Of a stretch of DNA of 64,000 bases, positions 51,780 to 61,687 are shown piece after piece (the stretch's first letter is position 1; every line of letters begins with the position of its first letter). A model generated the notes under the pieces. That model was not told where the DNA came from and ran no database searches. It saw only the letters and a program-made list of their open reading frames with translations. This DNA comes from Patescibacteria group bacterium (GTDB lineage Bacteria; Patescibacteriota; Patescibacteriia; Veblenbacterales; UBA10138), in contig JBAZOT010000003.1 of assembly GCA_041648575.1 (NCBI GenBank), positions 14,895 to 78,894 on the forward strand, given 5' to 3'. Made by a program: the position numbers and the translations under genes.

Positions 51780-52529
51780 TTATAGAATACTACGTAAAAG
51801 TTTTAATGTATAGAGTTGTCGTCCTGCCTGTCCTTGGACATAATCAACCAAAAATCCTAAAAGTTCAGCTGGTAATTGACGATTATACGGTGGTTCCGCT
51901 CGTGTCGCTAGGGTGTGTAAATAACTTAAAGCGTCATCAGTTAATAAAAACAAACCACTGCTATCGATGATACAATTTTTATGATAAAAACCATGTTCTC
52001 TAAAACTAAACACCACGGGCGCTGCTAATTCACCTTGGCATTTTGGACACCTAGTAACTTGAATTGCTAGACCAGTAATTTTTAATATTTTATAAATAAA
52101 TCTGCCCAGATATGTTCTGGCTCGCTCACGCCAAGCCGGCTCATCTTTGGGAATATCTTTTAATTGGCTTAAATAATACCTTAGCGATTTTAATAATTCC
52201 GGTTCAGGCGCGCCTAAAGAAGTTAGCACATCAGTTATTTCCAAAAACGAAGTGCCTAAAATGGCGGTATTTAAATGATAAGGTGTTTTTAAAAAAATTC
52301 TTTTAAGTTCCGCGCCTGCTAATTTATCATATTTTTTCCCCGGTGCCACCTGTACCTGAACTTCACCAAAAATCACCAAATGTGGAGCTAATTTAGATAA
52401 AATTTTTCGCGAACTAGTAGCTACCGCCTCAACCTTACCCCGTCGCTCTGTAAAAATAGTATAAAGCCGATCATTTTGCCTATGACTTCTAGCGCGTAAA
52501 ACAATACCGGTAGTGGTATAAGTAGACAT
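51780..52529 (-). CDS. recO: DNA repair protein RecO
   Basis: OB-fold N-terminus and a C-terminal zinc finger (CPKCQGE...HKNC). Confidence 0.8.
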   Translation of the reverse strand: MSTYTTTGIVLRARSHRQNDRLYTIFTERRGKVEAVATSSRKILSKLAPHLVIFGEVQVQVAPGKKYDKLAGAELKRIFLKTPYHLNTAILGTSFLEITDVLTSLGAPEPELLKSLRYYLSQLKDIPKDEPAWRERARTYLGRFIYKILKITGLAIQVTRCPKCQGELAAPVVFSFREHGFYHKNCIIDSSGLFLLTDDALSYLHTLATRAEPPYNRQLPAELLGFLVDYVQGQAGRQLYTLKLLRSIL

Positions 52530-52539
52530 GTTTAAAAAG

Positions 52540-53022
52540 CTATTTTTTTTCTTCTCTTTCCTTTAATATTTCTTTAAGAGTGGCTAAAAGTAATTGTTCC
52601 CGATTAACCTGCTCTAATAGAGAAAACTCATAATTAGCTTTATCAGCTATATTTCTCCTCCGACCATGTTCTAGATCTTTTATTTCTTTTTTTATAAATT
52701 CATTAGAAGCGTTAATATATCTACCTTTAATATTTTTAATAAAGTTATCCCATTCTAATCTGATATTATCAATTTGTTTAGTAGTCGGCTCTAACCTTGT
52801 AGATCCATCTTCGGAAAATACTAATTTGGCGCCATCAGCTAATAATTCTTTGGTTTCTATTTCTTGTTCGATCACTATTTGTTCTTCGTCGGTGAATCCC
52901 TTACCTATTCCTTTTTCTTTAACGACCTCATCTCTTAATTCTTTCCAACTCCTTTTCTTATCTTTTGAAGTGTTTTGGACCAATTCTGGCGCCGGCGACA
53001 TTTCTCTTGAATTCATAAACAT
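52540..53022 (-). CDS. Hypothetical charged (K/E-rich) protein
   Basis: ORF only. Confidence 0.4.
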   Translation of the reverse strand: MFMNSREMSPAPELVQNTSKDKKRSWKELRDEVVKEKGIGKGFTDEEQIVIEQEIETKELLADGAKLVFSEDGSTRLEPTTKQIDNIRLEWDNFIKNIKGRYINASNEFIKKEIKDLEHGRRRNIADKANYEFSLLEQVNREQLLLATLKEILKEREEKK

Positions 53023-55983
53023 TCAATTAATTATTAAATTTATTGTTATAATTACACCATCGATTTCTATTTTTTCTGGCAAAGTCTCTTTAGTATAATC
53101 AATTTTAGATGCAATAGTACTTTTAATAACTTGTTTTTCGTTGGATTGCAGAGCTTTAACAATATTATCTGGTGCTGATACTTTTAGATTAACTTTATCT
53201 TTCACAGTTAATTTTTTCTCTTTTCTTAAAGCGTTTACTTGCCTAATAAATTCACGCACCAAGCCCATATCCTTTAGTTCTTCGTCTAATTTTATGTCCA
53301 ATTCGCAAGACAAACTATCGTCTTTGATAGTGGTCACTTCTAAAACATTAACCTCTTCTGCTAAAATCTTTTTTAAATCATCAGTCAAATCTAAACCAGT
53401 AACTTTTAATAACCGTAGTGGCTGTCGCACTTTAATTTTACTTTCTGCTCGCTTTGCCAAAGCCAGTTCTACTGCTTGCCTTAAGTTAGACATATTAGAC
53501 AATAAGATATTCTGATCCTTAGATAAATCATTGCTCGTAGGCCAATTATCTAAATGAACAGATTCTTGTCCACCCTGAAGGCGCCGATACAATTCTTCTG
53601 CTATAAAAGGTGTAAATGGAGCAAGTAAAATTGCCAGCTTATAAAGCACAAATCCCAAAGTGGAGCGGGCTAAATTTTTATCTTCACCGTCTTCTTTAAA
53701 CCGCTCTCGACTGCGCCTGACATACCAAGTTGATAATTCAGTAATAAATTCAGTAATTTTTCTACCCGCTTCAGTAATCTCATATTTTTCTAAATGTTCA
53801 GTTATTTCATTAATTAATTTTTGTAACAAAGCTAAAATCCACTGGTCTAATATATTTGGTGATTTAGATACCGCCGTTGGCACCGGATCATCTTGTTTAT
53901 ACAATTCATAAAATGTTAAAACATTCATTAAAATTAATAAAGTCCGCTTAACCACTTCTTCAACTGCTTGGGGGTCAAAATTCTTTGGCTCGCCAGGCTG
54001 ATTAGCAGTATAAAAATGGAAACGCAGGGCATCAGCTCCATATTTAGCAAAAATTTCCCAAGGATCAACAATATTGCCTTTAGATTTAGACATTTTTTGC
54101 CCGTGTTTATCATTTATATGCCCCAAGCAAATCACATTTTTATAAGGTGGAATTTCTTTAATCGCTCCTGATTTTTTAAGTAAAGTAGCCACAGCTAAAA
54201 GCGTATAAAACCAACCGCGGGTTTGATCAATGGCCTCTGATATAAAATCAGCCGGATAACTATTTGCTATTTGCTCCGAGCTTCCAGTTAAGTATGGGTA
54301 TCCCCATTGAGCAAAAGGCATACTCCCTGAATCAAACCAGCAATCAGCCACTTCTGGCACACGCTTCATTGTTCCGCCACACTTACAAGACCAGGTTATT
54401 TCATCAATAAATGGGCGATGAATATCAAATTCATGATTCATTATTCTTGATTCATGATTCGATGCTAATTTTGCAAGCTCTTCCAAACTGCCAACGCACA
54501 TTATTTCCTTACACTTATCACACACCCAGATTGGTAATGGCGTTCCCCAATAGCGCTCCCGAGAAATAGCCCAATCTTTAGCACCATCTAACCACTCGCC
54601 AAATCGCCCATGTTTGATATGCTCCGGATACCAATTTATTTTCTCATTAGCAGCTTTCATTTCCTCGCGAAGCTCTGACATTTTTATAAACCACGACGGC
54701 TTAGCATAATAAAGCAGTGGCGTGGAACAACGCCAACAAAACGGATAATCATGAGTATACATTTCTTGCTTAAACAAAAGCTCACGTTTTTTTAAATCCT
54801 CAACTATTCCTGCTTCCACTTCTTTATCCTTAACAAATTTGCCAGCCCATTGGACTACGTCTTTAGTAAAATGACCGTCTTCACTAACCGTATGATATTT
54901 AGGTAAACCAACTTGTGTCCCCAAATCAAAATCATCTTCGCCATACATCACTGCCGCATGCACTACACCACTACCTTCGGTCGTGGTAACAAAATCAGCT
55001 GCGTACACGCGGTAGGATTTGTCGTTCTGAAGGGGTTTGATGTCAAATAATGGTTCATATTCAAGGCCAACTAGGTCTTTTCCTTTGAAAACTTCTTCCA
55101 CTTCCAAAGCGCAACCCATAAAAATCCTGCCTCCAAGAGCCGACTCCGAACTCTTTTCAAAAATATCTTTTGCTAAAATAAGGTAGCCACTCCCATGCTC
55201 GTTCGGAATAGAATCAACGAACTCCGCTTCGGGAAGAATTCGTGCCTTCACGTATTCAATGTTTTTCCCAACTGCCAACGCTACATTTCCAGGCAAGGTC
55301 CAAGGAGTAGTCGTCCAAGACAAAATATAAGTATCATTATCAATTTTGATTTTTGCCTGCCCCGGCTTCACTTTAAACTTAATGTACACCGACGGTTCGG
55401 TAATACTTTTATAACCCAATGCTACTTCGTGACTAGAAAGCGCGGTTTCACAGCGCGGACAGTGGGGCAAAACTTTATAATCTTTATACAATAAACCGGA
55501 CTCGTAAACTTTTTTCAAAATCCACCACAAACTTTCAATATAATAATTTTCATAAGTTACATAGGGGTGTTCCAAATCCAACCAATAACCCATGCGCTCG
55601 GTTAATTTTTCCCAATCAGCTTTGTATTTCCACACATCCTCGCGACAATGAGCATTAAATTTAGCCACGCCGTATTTTTCAATATCTGGCTTGCCTTGGA
55701 ATTTTAATTCTTTTTCCACTTGTAATTCCACTGGCAAACCTTGAGTATCCCACCCGGCTTTACGCTCCACTTGGAACCCGCGCATAGTTTTATAACGTGG
55801 GATTAAATCCTTAAAAGCCCGCGCTAACACATGATGCAAACCGGGCTTGCCGTTAGCCGTGGGCGGGCCTTCAAAAAAAACAAAGCGTCCTTGAGGTGCT
55901 TCTTTCTCCAGTGATTTTTGAAAAATATTATTCTTTTTCCAAAAATCAAGAATCTTTTGTTCCAGCTCGGGAAATTTAATCAT
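53023..55983 (-). CDS. ileS: Isoleucine--tRNA ligase (type 2, archaeal/eukaryote-like)
   Basis: HIGH-like (PTANGKPGLHH) and KMSKS motifs. CP1 editing domain. 986 aa. Confidence 0.95.
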   Translation of the reverse strand: MIKFPELEQKILDFWKKNNIFQKSLEKEAPQGRFVFFEGPPTANGKPGLHHVLARAFKDLIPRYKTMRGFQVERKAGWDTQGLPVELQVEKELKFQGKPDIEKYGVAKFNAHCREDVWKYKADWEKLTERMGYWLDLEHPYVTYENYYIESLWWILKKVYESGLLYKDYKVLPHCPRCETALSSHEVALGYKSITEPSVYIKFKVKPGQAKIKIDNDTYILSWTTTPWTLPGNVALAVGKNIEYVKARILPEAEFVDSIPNEHGSGYLILAKDIFEKSSESALGGRIFMGCALEVEEVFKGKDLVGLEYEPLFDIKPLQNDKSYRVYAADFVTTTEGSGVVHAAVMYGEDDFDLGTQVGLPKYHTVSEDGHFTKDVVQWAGKFVKDKEVEAGIVEDLKKRELLFKQEMYTHDYPFCWRCSTPLLYYAKPSWFIKMSELREEMKAANEKINWYPEHIKHGRFGEWLDGAKDWAISRERYWGTPLPIWVCDKCKEIMCVGSLEELAKLASNHESRIMNHEFDIHRPFIDEITWSCKCGGTMKRVPEVADCWFDSGSMPFAQWGYPYLTGSSEQIANSYPADFISEAIDQTRGWFYTLLAVATLLKKSGAIKEIPPYKNVICLGHINDKHGQKMSKSKGNIVDPWEIFAKYGADALRFHFYTANQPGEPKNFDPQAVEEVVKRTLLILMNVLTFYELYKQDDPVPTAVSKSPNILDQWILALLQKLINEITEHLEKYEITEAGRKITEFITELSTWYVRRSRERFKEDGEDKNLARSTLGFVLYKLAILLAPFTPFIAEELYRRLQGGQESVHLDNWPTSNDLSKDQNILLSNMSNLRQAVELALAKRAESKIKVRQPLRLLKVTGLDLTDDLKKILAEEVNVLEVTTIKDDSLSCELDIKLDEELKDMGLVREFIRQVNALRKEKKLTVKDKVNLKVSAPDNIVKALQSNEKQVIKSTIASKIDYTKETLPEKIEIDGVIITINLIIN

Positions 55984-56071
55984 AATGTTTTTATTATAGT
56001 AAAAATATTACCAAAAAACAAGGCTCGAGGTTTAAAAAATATTAGCTATTGGCTACAAGCTATTAGCCAAT

Positions 56072-57787
56072 TTACATCCTTTCCACTGTTTCTATACCTA
56101 AAATTGCCAAACCTTGCTTTAAAATCAGCGCTGATTTTTGCACCAGGTCTAAGCGCAAAAAACGCAACGGTCCGCTGGCTTTTAATACTGGCGACTCATG
56201 ATAATAAAAATTCACCGTATTAGCTAACTCATAAAGATAATTGGCCAGCAGGTGCGGAAAATTTTCTTGTGCCGAACGGGTTAAGGCGTCCTGATATTGC
56301 ACTAACTTTCTTAATAACTGCAAATCGTTATCTTCCAAATAATGAGAATCAAATTTAATCGTAGTTATTTTTCCAGCTTTAGCTAAAATACTTTTTAAAC
56401 GAACATAAGTATATTGTAAATACGGCCCGCTGTTACCGGAAAACGATAACATTTTATTCCAATTAAAGACAATATCGGTTAAACGATTTTGTGATAGATC
56501 ATTATATTTAATAGCGCCAACGCCAATTGCTTCAGCCGCCGTGGTTTTTTCCACTGGTGATAATTTGGGATTTTTCTTTTGTACTACTCGCCAAGCCAAA
56601 TCCACTGACTTGTTAAATAATTCTTCCAATTTAACAATTTTTCCTTCGCGTGTAGCCATTTTTTTACCATCTTCGCCAAAAATAAAACCAAACTTAATAT
56701 GCTGTGGCTTCGTTTTGCCAGCATATCTTGCTAATTCTGCCGTAGCAAATAATTGATCAAAATATAAAGATTGTTCGCTTCCCACCACATAAAGCATTAA
56801 CCAAGGTTTATATTTACTAACCCGTGATCGTAAAGCGGACAAATCGCGAGTTGAATAAAGAGAAGCGCCGTCGGATTTTTGTACTAGCATGGCAGGCAAC
56901 TTTTCATTGTCAAAAATTACCACAATGGAACCATCTGGATTCTTAGTAACAATTTTTTGCTTAATTAAATCTTTAAGTACACCAATTAAGGCTTTTTGGT
57001 ATAAACTTTCACTTTCAAAGTGATCGAATTTTATTCCCAACCGTTGATATAACTTATTAAACTCCTTGAGTGAAAAAGTTTTAAACAGACGCCAAATGGA
57101 CTGCAGTTTAGGATTGCCATCTTCTAATTTTCTAAAAGCAATTTGGGCTTCTTTTTCTAATTCCGGATGTTTGGTAACTTGCTCATGAAAATAAACATAA
57201 ACCCGTAACATTTCATTAATAGGATTTTTTTTCAAATTAACCTTACTACCCCATTTTTGATAAGCCACCAATAATTTACCAAATTGTGTACCCCAATCAC
57301 CCAAATAATTCAAGCTAACCACTTTGGCTCCCAACGCTTTATAAATATTAACCAGAGCCTGACCAATAATAGTCGAACGCAAATGACCAATATGCATTGG
57401 CTTGGCAATATTGGGTGATGAATATTCAATCACAATTTTTTTACCACGATATAATGGAAAAACTGCTGTTTTGCTTTGATTTATTAATTCGTGATATAAC
57501 GCTTCTGATGACAAGAAAAAATTAACAAAACCTGGGCCAGCCGGTTCAACTTTGGCAAAATGCTGACGAATAAATTTACTTTGCACTAACTCACCCACCA
57601 GAGTATCGGTAATTTGACTGGTGGGAACACCCCAACGCGCGGCTACTTTAAGCGCCACATTAGTAGTGAAGTCCCCTTGCCACAATTCCTTAGGTGCGGT
57701 TATTTCTACATCTTCAGCTGCCAATTGCCAGTGCGCCTTAACTACTTTGCCAATTTCTTGTTGTAACTTTTTTATTAACATAAGCAA
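56072..57787 (-). CDS. argS: Arginine--tRNA ligase
   Basis: HIGHLRS class I motif and the DALR anticodon-binding C-terminus. Confidence 0.95.
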   Translation of the reverse strand: MLMLIKKLQQEIGKVVKAHWQLAAEDVEITAPKELWQGDFTTNVALKVAARWGVPTSQITDTLVGELVQSKFIRQHFAKVEPAGPGFVNFFLSSEALYHELINQSKTAVFPLYRGKKIVIEYSSPNIAKPMHIGHLRSTIIGQALVNIYKALGAKVVSLNYLGDWGTQFGKLLVAYQKWGSKVNLKKNPINEMLRVYVYFHEQVTKHPELEKEAQIAFRKLEDGNPKLQSIWRLFKTFSLKEFNKLYQRLGIKFDHFESESLYQKALIGVLKDLIKQKIVTKNPDGSIVVIFDNEKLPAMLVQKSDGASLYSTRDLSALRSRVSKYKPWLMLYVVGSEQSLYFDQLFATAELARYAGKTKPQHIKFGFIFGEDGKKMATREGKIVKLEELFNKSVDLAWRVVQKKNPKLSPVEKTTAAEAIGVGAIKYNDLSQNRLTDIVFNWNKMLSFSGNSGPYLQYTYVRLKSILAKAGKITTIKFDSHYLEDNDLQLLRKLVQYQDALTRSAQENFPHLLANYLYELANTVNFYYHESPVLKASGPLRFLRLDLVQKSALILKQGLAILGIETVERM

Positions 57788-57839
57788 CTTTATTATAGCA
57801 GAAATTTTAGTTTATCACTTCATAATGATAAATTTTCAA

Positions 57840-57871
57840 AATAAAAACCCTAGTCTATTTCAAAACTAGGG
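57840..57871 (-). terminator. Rho-independent terminator downstream of hypothetical gene 57914..58678
   Basis: On the minus strand: CCCTAGT-tttgaaatag-ACTAGGG followed by TTTTTATTTTG. Confidence 0.55.
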
Positions 57872-57913
57872 TAATTTATACATTTCTATTGATTTAACAC
57901 CTAATTGATCCTT

Positions 57914-58678
57914 TTAAATCCTTTTGCGTTTTTCCATCACAGAAAGTGTTAAATATACATTAACAAGCCCCCTCATTCTATTATTGGGAGATCCATCTTT
58001 ACCAAGCACTGCATCAGTTATAGAATCACAACCACATCCATAATCTTTTTTATACTGGTCATGAATATACTTTTCTAACACGGGAATAGCTAAAAATTCC
58101 TCAGTAAAAATAAAGTGCTCGTCTTGCTCCGCCAAAATCATTGGTAAAATAATACGCTGATGAATTTGAGAAACCTCTGGTAAGTTGGCTAAAATTGCTG
58201 CTTCATATGTAGTTAATCTACTCTCGTTGATACTACGATTACGACTGACAGCATAATACACGATGTACAAAAAATCTTTTAAATGCTTTTTGTCCTGCTC
58301 CCGATGAGAAATATTCTCATTGCTTGAAAAAAAATTTAAAATATTAAGTACAAATTTACCAATATTTGGATTTTTGTCCTGTGCCAAAAGGCTAAAGTCA
58401 AGACAAGCGCAAAGAACCGAACGTGCCTTTTCCGCTACACTATCGTTATAACAATTCAATTGACTACCTTTATAACTCCTGCCGGGTGACATATCAGCGA
58501 ACTCTATAAGCAAGTTAAAAGCCTGTTCCACCTCAATATATGACTTTTTTACGCCAAAGTACTGACCCACCGCATGGAGCAACCCGATCGCCTCATCTGT
58601 ATTTGTCAAGTTGGGGTTATACAACTTCTCTTCAATTTCTTTGAATGAAGTGGTTGGTGTAAAATCTCGTTGTATCAT
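57914..58678 (-). CDS. Hypothetical protein
   Basis: 254-aa ORF with no recognisable motifs. Confidence 0.45.
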   Translation of the reverse strand: MIQRDFTPTTSFKEIEEKLYNPNLTNTDEAIGLLHAVGQYFGVKKSYIEVEQAFNLLIEFADMSPGRSYKGSQLNCYNDSVAEKARSVLCACLDFSLLAQDKNPNIGKFVLNILNFFSSNENISHREQDKKHLKDFLYIVYYAVSRNRSINESRLTTYEAAILANLPEVSQIHQRIILPMILAEQDEHFIFTEEFLAIPVLEKYIHDQYKKDYGCGCDSITDAVLGKDGSPNNRMRGLVNVYLTLSVMEKRKRI

Positions 58679-58799
58679 TGTTAAAACTCCTATATTATTT
58701 TTGTATTTCGCCCGCCTATTTTAGGCCGGCTTGGTTAGTTATTTTTCTCAGGCTTAACCCGAGTATATTACCTTAATACTTTGAGTATTTTAAGTCAAA

Positions 58800-58985
58800 T
58801 TCTTATTGCCTCGCTAGGGCGTTTGATTTAAATATTGCCACCATAGCGAGGGTAAGGTAACGGCGTGGAACCGGAGCGAGCGAAATGGTAGCCGCGTGTT
58901 GTGTCCTTGCGGCATAGCGGCTACCGTGAGCTACGGTAACGCCGTCTTGCCCGAAGCTCTAGGTGGCGCTTTTTCCCACCACTTT
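58800..58985. other. GC-rich structured element (candidate ncRNA / repeat family, member D)
   Basis: Stems CCTCGCTA/TAGCGAGG and GGTAGCCGC/GCGGCTACC. Core TAGCGAGGGTAAGG...GGAGCGAGCGAAATGG is alignable with 7187..7230. Confidence 0.4.
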
Positions 58986-59019
58986 TTTTAAAAAAGTGGT
59001 GAAAGACAATTTTTTAATA

Positions 59020-59050
59020 AAAAATCAAAAAACCCCGAACTTAATCGGGG
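59020..59050 (-). terminator. Rho-independent terminator of the infC-rpmI-rplT operon
   Basis: On the minus strand: CCCCGA-ttaagt-TCGGGG followed by TTTTTTGATTTTTT. Confidence 0.65.
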
Positions 59051-59073
59051 CTTGATAAAAAATTTACAGACTA

Positions 59074-59427
59074 TTAAGTTTTGGGTTTAACCATTTCTAC
59101 CACTTTGGAAAAAATAATAGGATGTTCAGCAGCTAATTCAGATAATACTTTTCGGTTCAAAGTAACTTTGGCTTTTTTTAATAAATTAATAAATTGACTA
59201 TAGGTTAACCCATGCTCCCTAACCGCGGCATTTAATCTAATAGTCCAAAGTTTGCGGAACTCCCGCTTACGGTTGCGGCGATCACGATAAGCATAAACAC
59301 CAGCTTTACGAGACGCCACTTTAGCTAGTTTAATCTTACTCTTGCGACCCCAACGGTAACCTTTGGTCCGTTTTAAAATATTTCTTACTCTTTTAGCGTG
59401 CATTACGCCGCGTTTTACTCTAGACAT
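59074..59427 (-). CDS. rplT: 50S ribosomal protein L20
   Basis: MSRVKRGVMHAKRVRNILK..., the canonical L20. Confidence 0.95.
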   Translation of the reverse strand: MSRVKRGVMHAKRVRNILKRTKGYRWGRKSKIKLAKVASRKAGVYAYRDRRNRKREFRKLWTIRLNAAVREHGLTYSQFINLLKKAKVTLNRKVLSELAAEHPIIFSKVVEMVKPKT

Positions 59428-59475
59428 AAATTTATAAATCCTAAATTCTAATCCGCCGGTAGGCGGCTAAATTAA

Positions 59476-59673
59476 TTAACTTCCAGGAATTAATTTTCTC
59501 AACGCCCTAACATTAACATCAGCAATAGTTGAATCGCGTCGTTTCGCCATGCTGGTTTTTCCTGACTCTCTAGCATTAAAATGATCCTGACCAGCAGTTC
59601 GTTTTAAAAATTTACCACGAGCGGAAATTTTAAATCGCTTGCTAGATGCTTTATGTGTCTTCTTTTTTGGCAT
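59476..59673 (-). CDS. rpmI: 50S ribosomal protein L35
   Basis: MPKKKTHKASSKRFKISARGK, the canonical L35. Confidence 0.9.
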   Translation of the reverse strand: MPKKKTHKASSKRFKISARGKFLKRTAGQDHFNARESGKTSMAKRRDSTIADVNVRALRKLIPGS

Positions 59674-59758
59674 AATTATAAATAAAGGGATAAAACAAAA
59701 GCCTTAAAACAGGCTTGCTATATGGCTGATATATTTATACAGTATTTTCAAAAAATAT

Positions 59759-60274
59759 TCAAGTTTTACGCGTAATTTGCATGGACAACCGCCCTCCCTG
59801 CCTAGAAAACGCCGCCTGTACTACTATATTGTCGCCTAATGAAGATATAAAATTATTAAACACCTGCTGGGCTAAATCGCCTCGTGCTTTTTCCCTACCC
59901 CTTAAAATCATTTCCAATTTTATCTGATTTCCTTCTATTAAAAATTTTTCTGCCTGCTTTTTTCTTATTTCCAAATCATGCTTACCAATGTTTAAAGTTA
60001 ATCTTAAACCTTTAACCTCAATTTTCTTAAGTTTCGCTTTTTGCTGCTTTTCCAATTTTTGCTGCTTATACTGAAACTGACCAAAATCCATTATTTTACA
60101 AATTGATGGCCGAACCGTAGGGTTTACTTCTACCAAATCCAAACCAGCCTCTTGCGCCAGCTGTAAGGCAGTATAAGTTGCTACCACGCCCCTGGGCTTG
60201 CCAGTTTCATCTATTAACTGAACCTCGGGTAGACGTATATATTGATTAACTCGATAACGAAATTTATTACTCAA
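59759..60274 (-). CDS. infC: Translation initiation factor IF-3
   Basis: Both IF3 N- and C-domains present. Non-ATG (TTG) start, in keeping with the unusual starts typical of infC. Confidence 0.9.
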   Translation of the reverse strand: MSNKFRYRVNQYIRLPEVQLIDETGKPRGVVATYTALQLAQEAGLDLVEVNPTVRPSICKIMDFGQFQYKQQKLEKQQKAKLKKIEVKGLRLTLNIGKHDLEIRKKQAEKFLIEGNQIKLEMILRGREKARGDLAQQVFNNFISSLGDNIVVQAAFSRQGGRLSMQITRKT

Positions 60275-60292
60275 GTCTTTTTGATTAAATAG

Positions 60293-60550
60293 TTAAATTA
60301 GACTTAATGTTTCTCTTAATATTAGATGTAAAGATTTTTTCCCAGGATTAGTTTTAAAATATTTCTCGCGCCTTAGGGCGTCACCCTTAGCTAAAAAACC
60401 TTCATAAAAAATTAATTTACACGGGCGTCTATTCTTGGTAGCGGGTGCCCCTCCTGCGTTATGTGTTTTAACTCTGTCCTTTAAATTCGAAGTAAAACCA
60501 ATATAAAACTTTTTATCTTTCAAACTATATAATAGGTAAACGTAATACAT
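60293..60550 (-). CDS. GIY-YIG nuclease family protein (small stand-alone)
   Basis: YYVYLLYS...KFYIGFTSNLKDRVKTHN is a GIY-YIG core. The start at M22 (60550) is preferred over 60613. Confidence 0.7.
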   Translation of the reverse strand: MYYVYLLYSLKDKKFYIGFTSNLKDRVKTHNAGGAPATKNRRPCKLIFYEGFLAKGDALRREKYFKTNPGKKSLHLILRETLSLI

Positions 60551-60698
60551 TTGTCTACTGCCCTTAAAGTACGCGCTTCGCTTGACTTTAGGGCATGAAG
60601 TATATGCTAGCAAATTAATACGCCATGAAGTTGTATAAAGAAGTAAATACTTCTTGGCTCGCCATGAAGTTATGCGAATAAAATGAGCATATACTTCA

Positions 60699-61081
60699 TG
60701 GTGGAGATGGCGGGAATTACACCCGCGTCTAAGACAATTAACTTTACCCTTCTACAAACTTAGTCTGATTAATTTTGACAGAAGTCAAATCAGACCAAAG
60801 CCCCTGTCAATCTGTCCTAAGTAATGTCGGCCTAAGCACTAGAACAATACTTAAACCCTGCTCGATAAATGACGCTCTATAAGACTATCGAGATCGTCTA
60901 ATAGAACGGCCTCTGCTTAAATTAAGCAAAAGCTGGTGCTAGTGTCAAAGTGCTAAAAGCAGCTTTGGCGCGAGCTACAAATGATTTGGCATTTGTGAAG
61001 TGTGATGCTTTTATTACGCAGACACATCAACTGCGGTCTGCCAGACAAAGATCACTGCCTTATCGATTGTTAAACATCCCC
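60699..61081 (-). ncRNA. ssrA: tmRNA (ssrA)
   Basis: The minus strand begins GGGGAUGUUUAACAAUCGAUAAGG. The 3' end is GACGCGGG-UGUAAUU-CCCGC-CAUCUCC-A-CCA. This gives a 7-bp acceptor stem (GGGGAUG/CAUCUCC) with a G3.U pair, and the CCA is encoded. An internal tag ORF reads ...AKSFVARAKAAFSTLTLAPAFA*. The RNA lies 86 nt downstream of smpB. The T-loop is atypical (UGUAAUU). Confidence 0.7.
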
Positions 61082-61167
61082 CAAAGTCAAGCAAGAGTCT
61101 TGGATAAGTGTAAAAAAACTAACCTCTTTTCTCTATCTCTTACTCTTTACTCATCGTTGGCGAAAGT

Positions 61168-61614
61168 TTAATATTTTAACGAGCGTCTAATTTCTCTATT
61201 AACTTCTCTTTTTTTAATAGCTACTCTTTTATCATATTTATTCTTGCCCACAGCCACAGCAATCTCTACCTTTACCATACCGTGAGTAGTATACACTGAA
61301 ATTGGAACAATTGTCAAGCCTTTAACCCTGCCTTTACCTAATAAATAAGAAAGTTCTTTTTGATGCAAAAGTAATTTGCGATCACGCTTTGGCTCGTAAT
61401 TTTTTTGCACACCTCGGGCTGGTGCATAAGGCGCAATATGAGCGCCCACCAACCATAATTCACCCTGTTTGGGAATAACATAACTGCCTTGCAAATTAAT
61501 GCTACCGCGTTTAGCAGATTTCACTTCTGCGCCCTGCAATACCAAACCAGCTTCAAATTTCTCCTGAATATTGAAGTTAAATAGAGCTTTTTTATTGTCA
61601 GCTAAATGAGGCAT
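61168..61614 (-). CDS. smpB: SsrA-binding protein SmpB
   Basis: 148-aa protein. ...GAEVKSAKRG...ELWLVGAHIAPY... is the canonical SmpB. Confidence 0.9.
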   Translation of the reverse strand: MPHLADNKKALFNFNIQEKFEAGLVLQGAEVKSAKRGSINLQGSYVIPKQGELWLVGAHIAPYAPARGVQKNYEPKRDRKLLLHQKELSYLLGKGRVKGLTIVPISVYTTHGMVKVEIAVAVGKNKYDKRVAIKKREVNREIRRSLKY

Positions 61615-61687
61615 AGATTAATAATAACTTTTTAATAAAAAAATGGCCATCCCGTAAAAATTACTAGGAGATGGCCTTCTAACTTGT

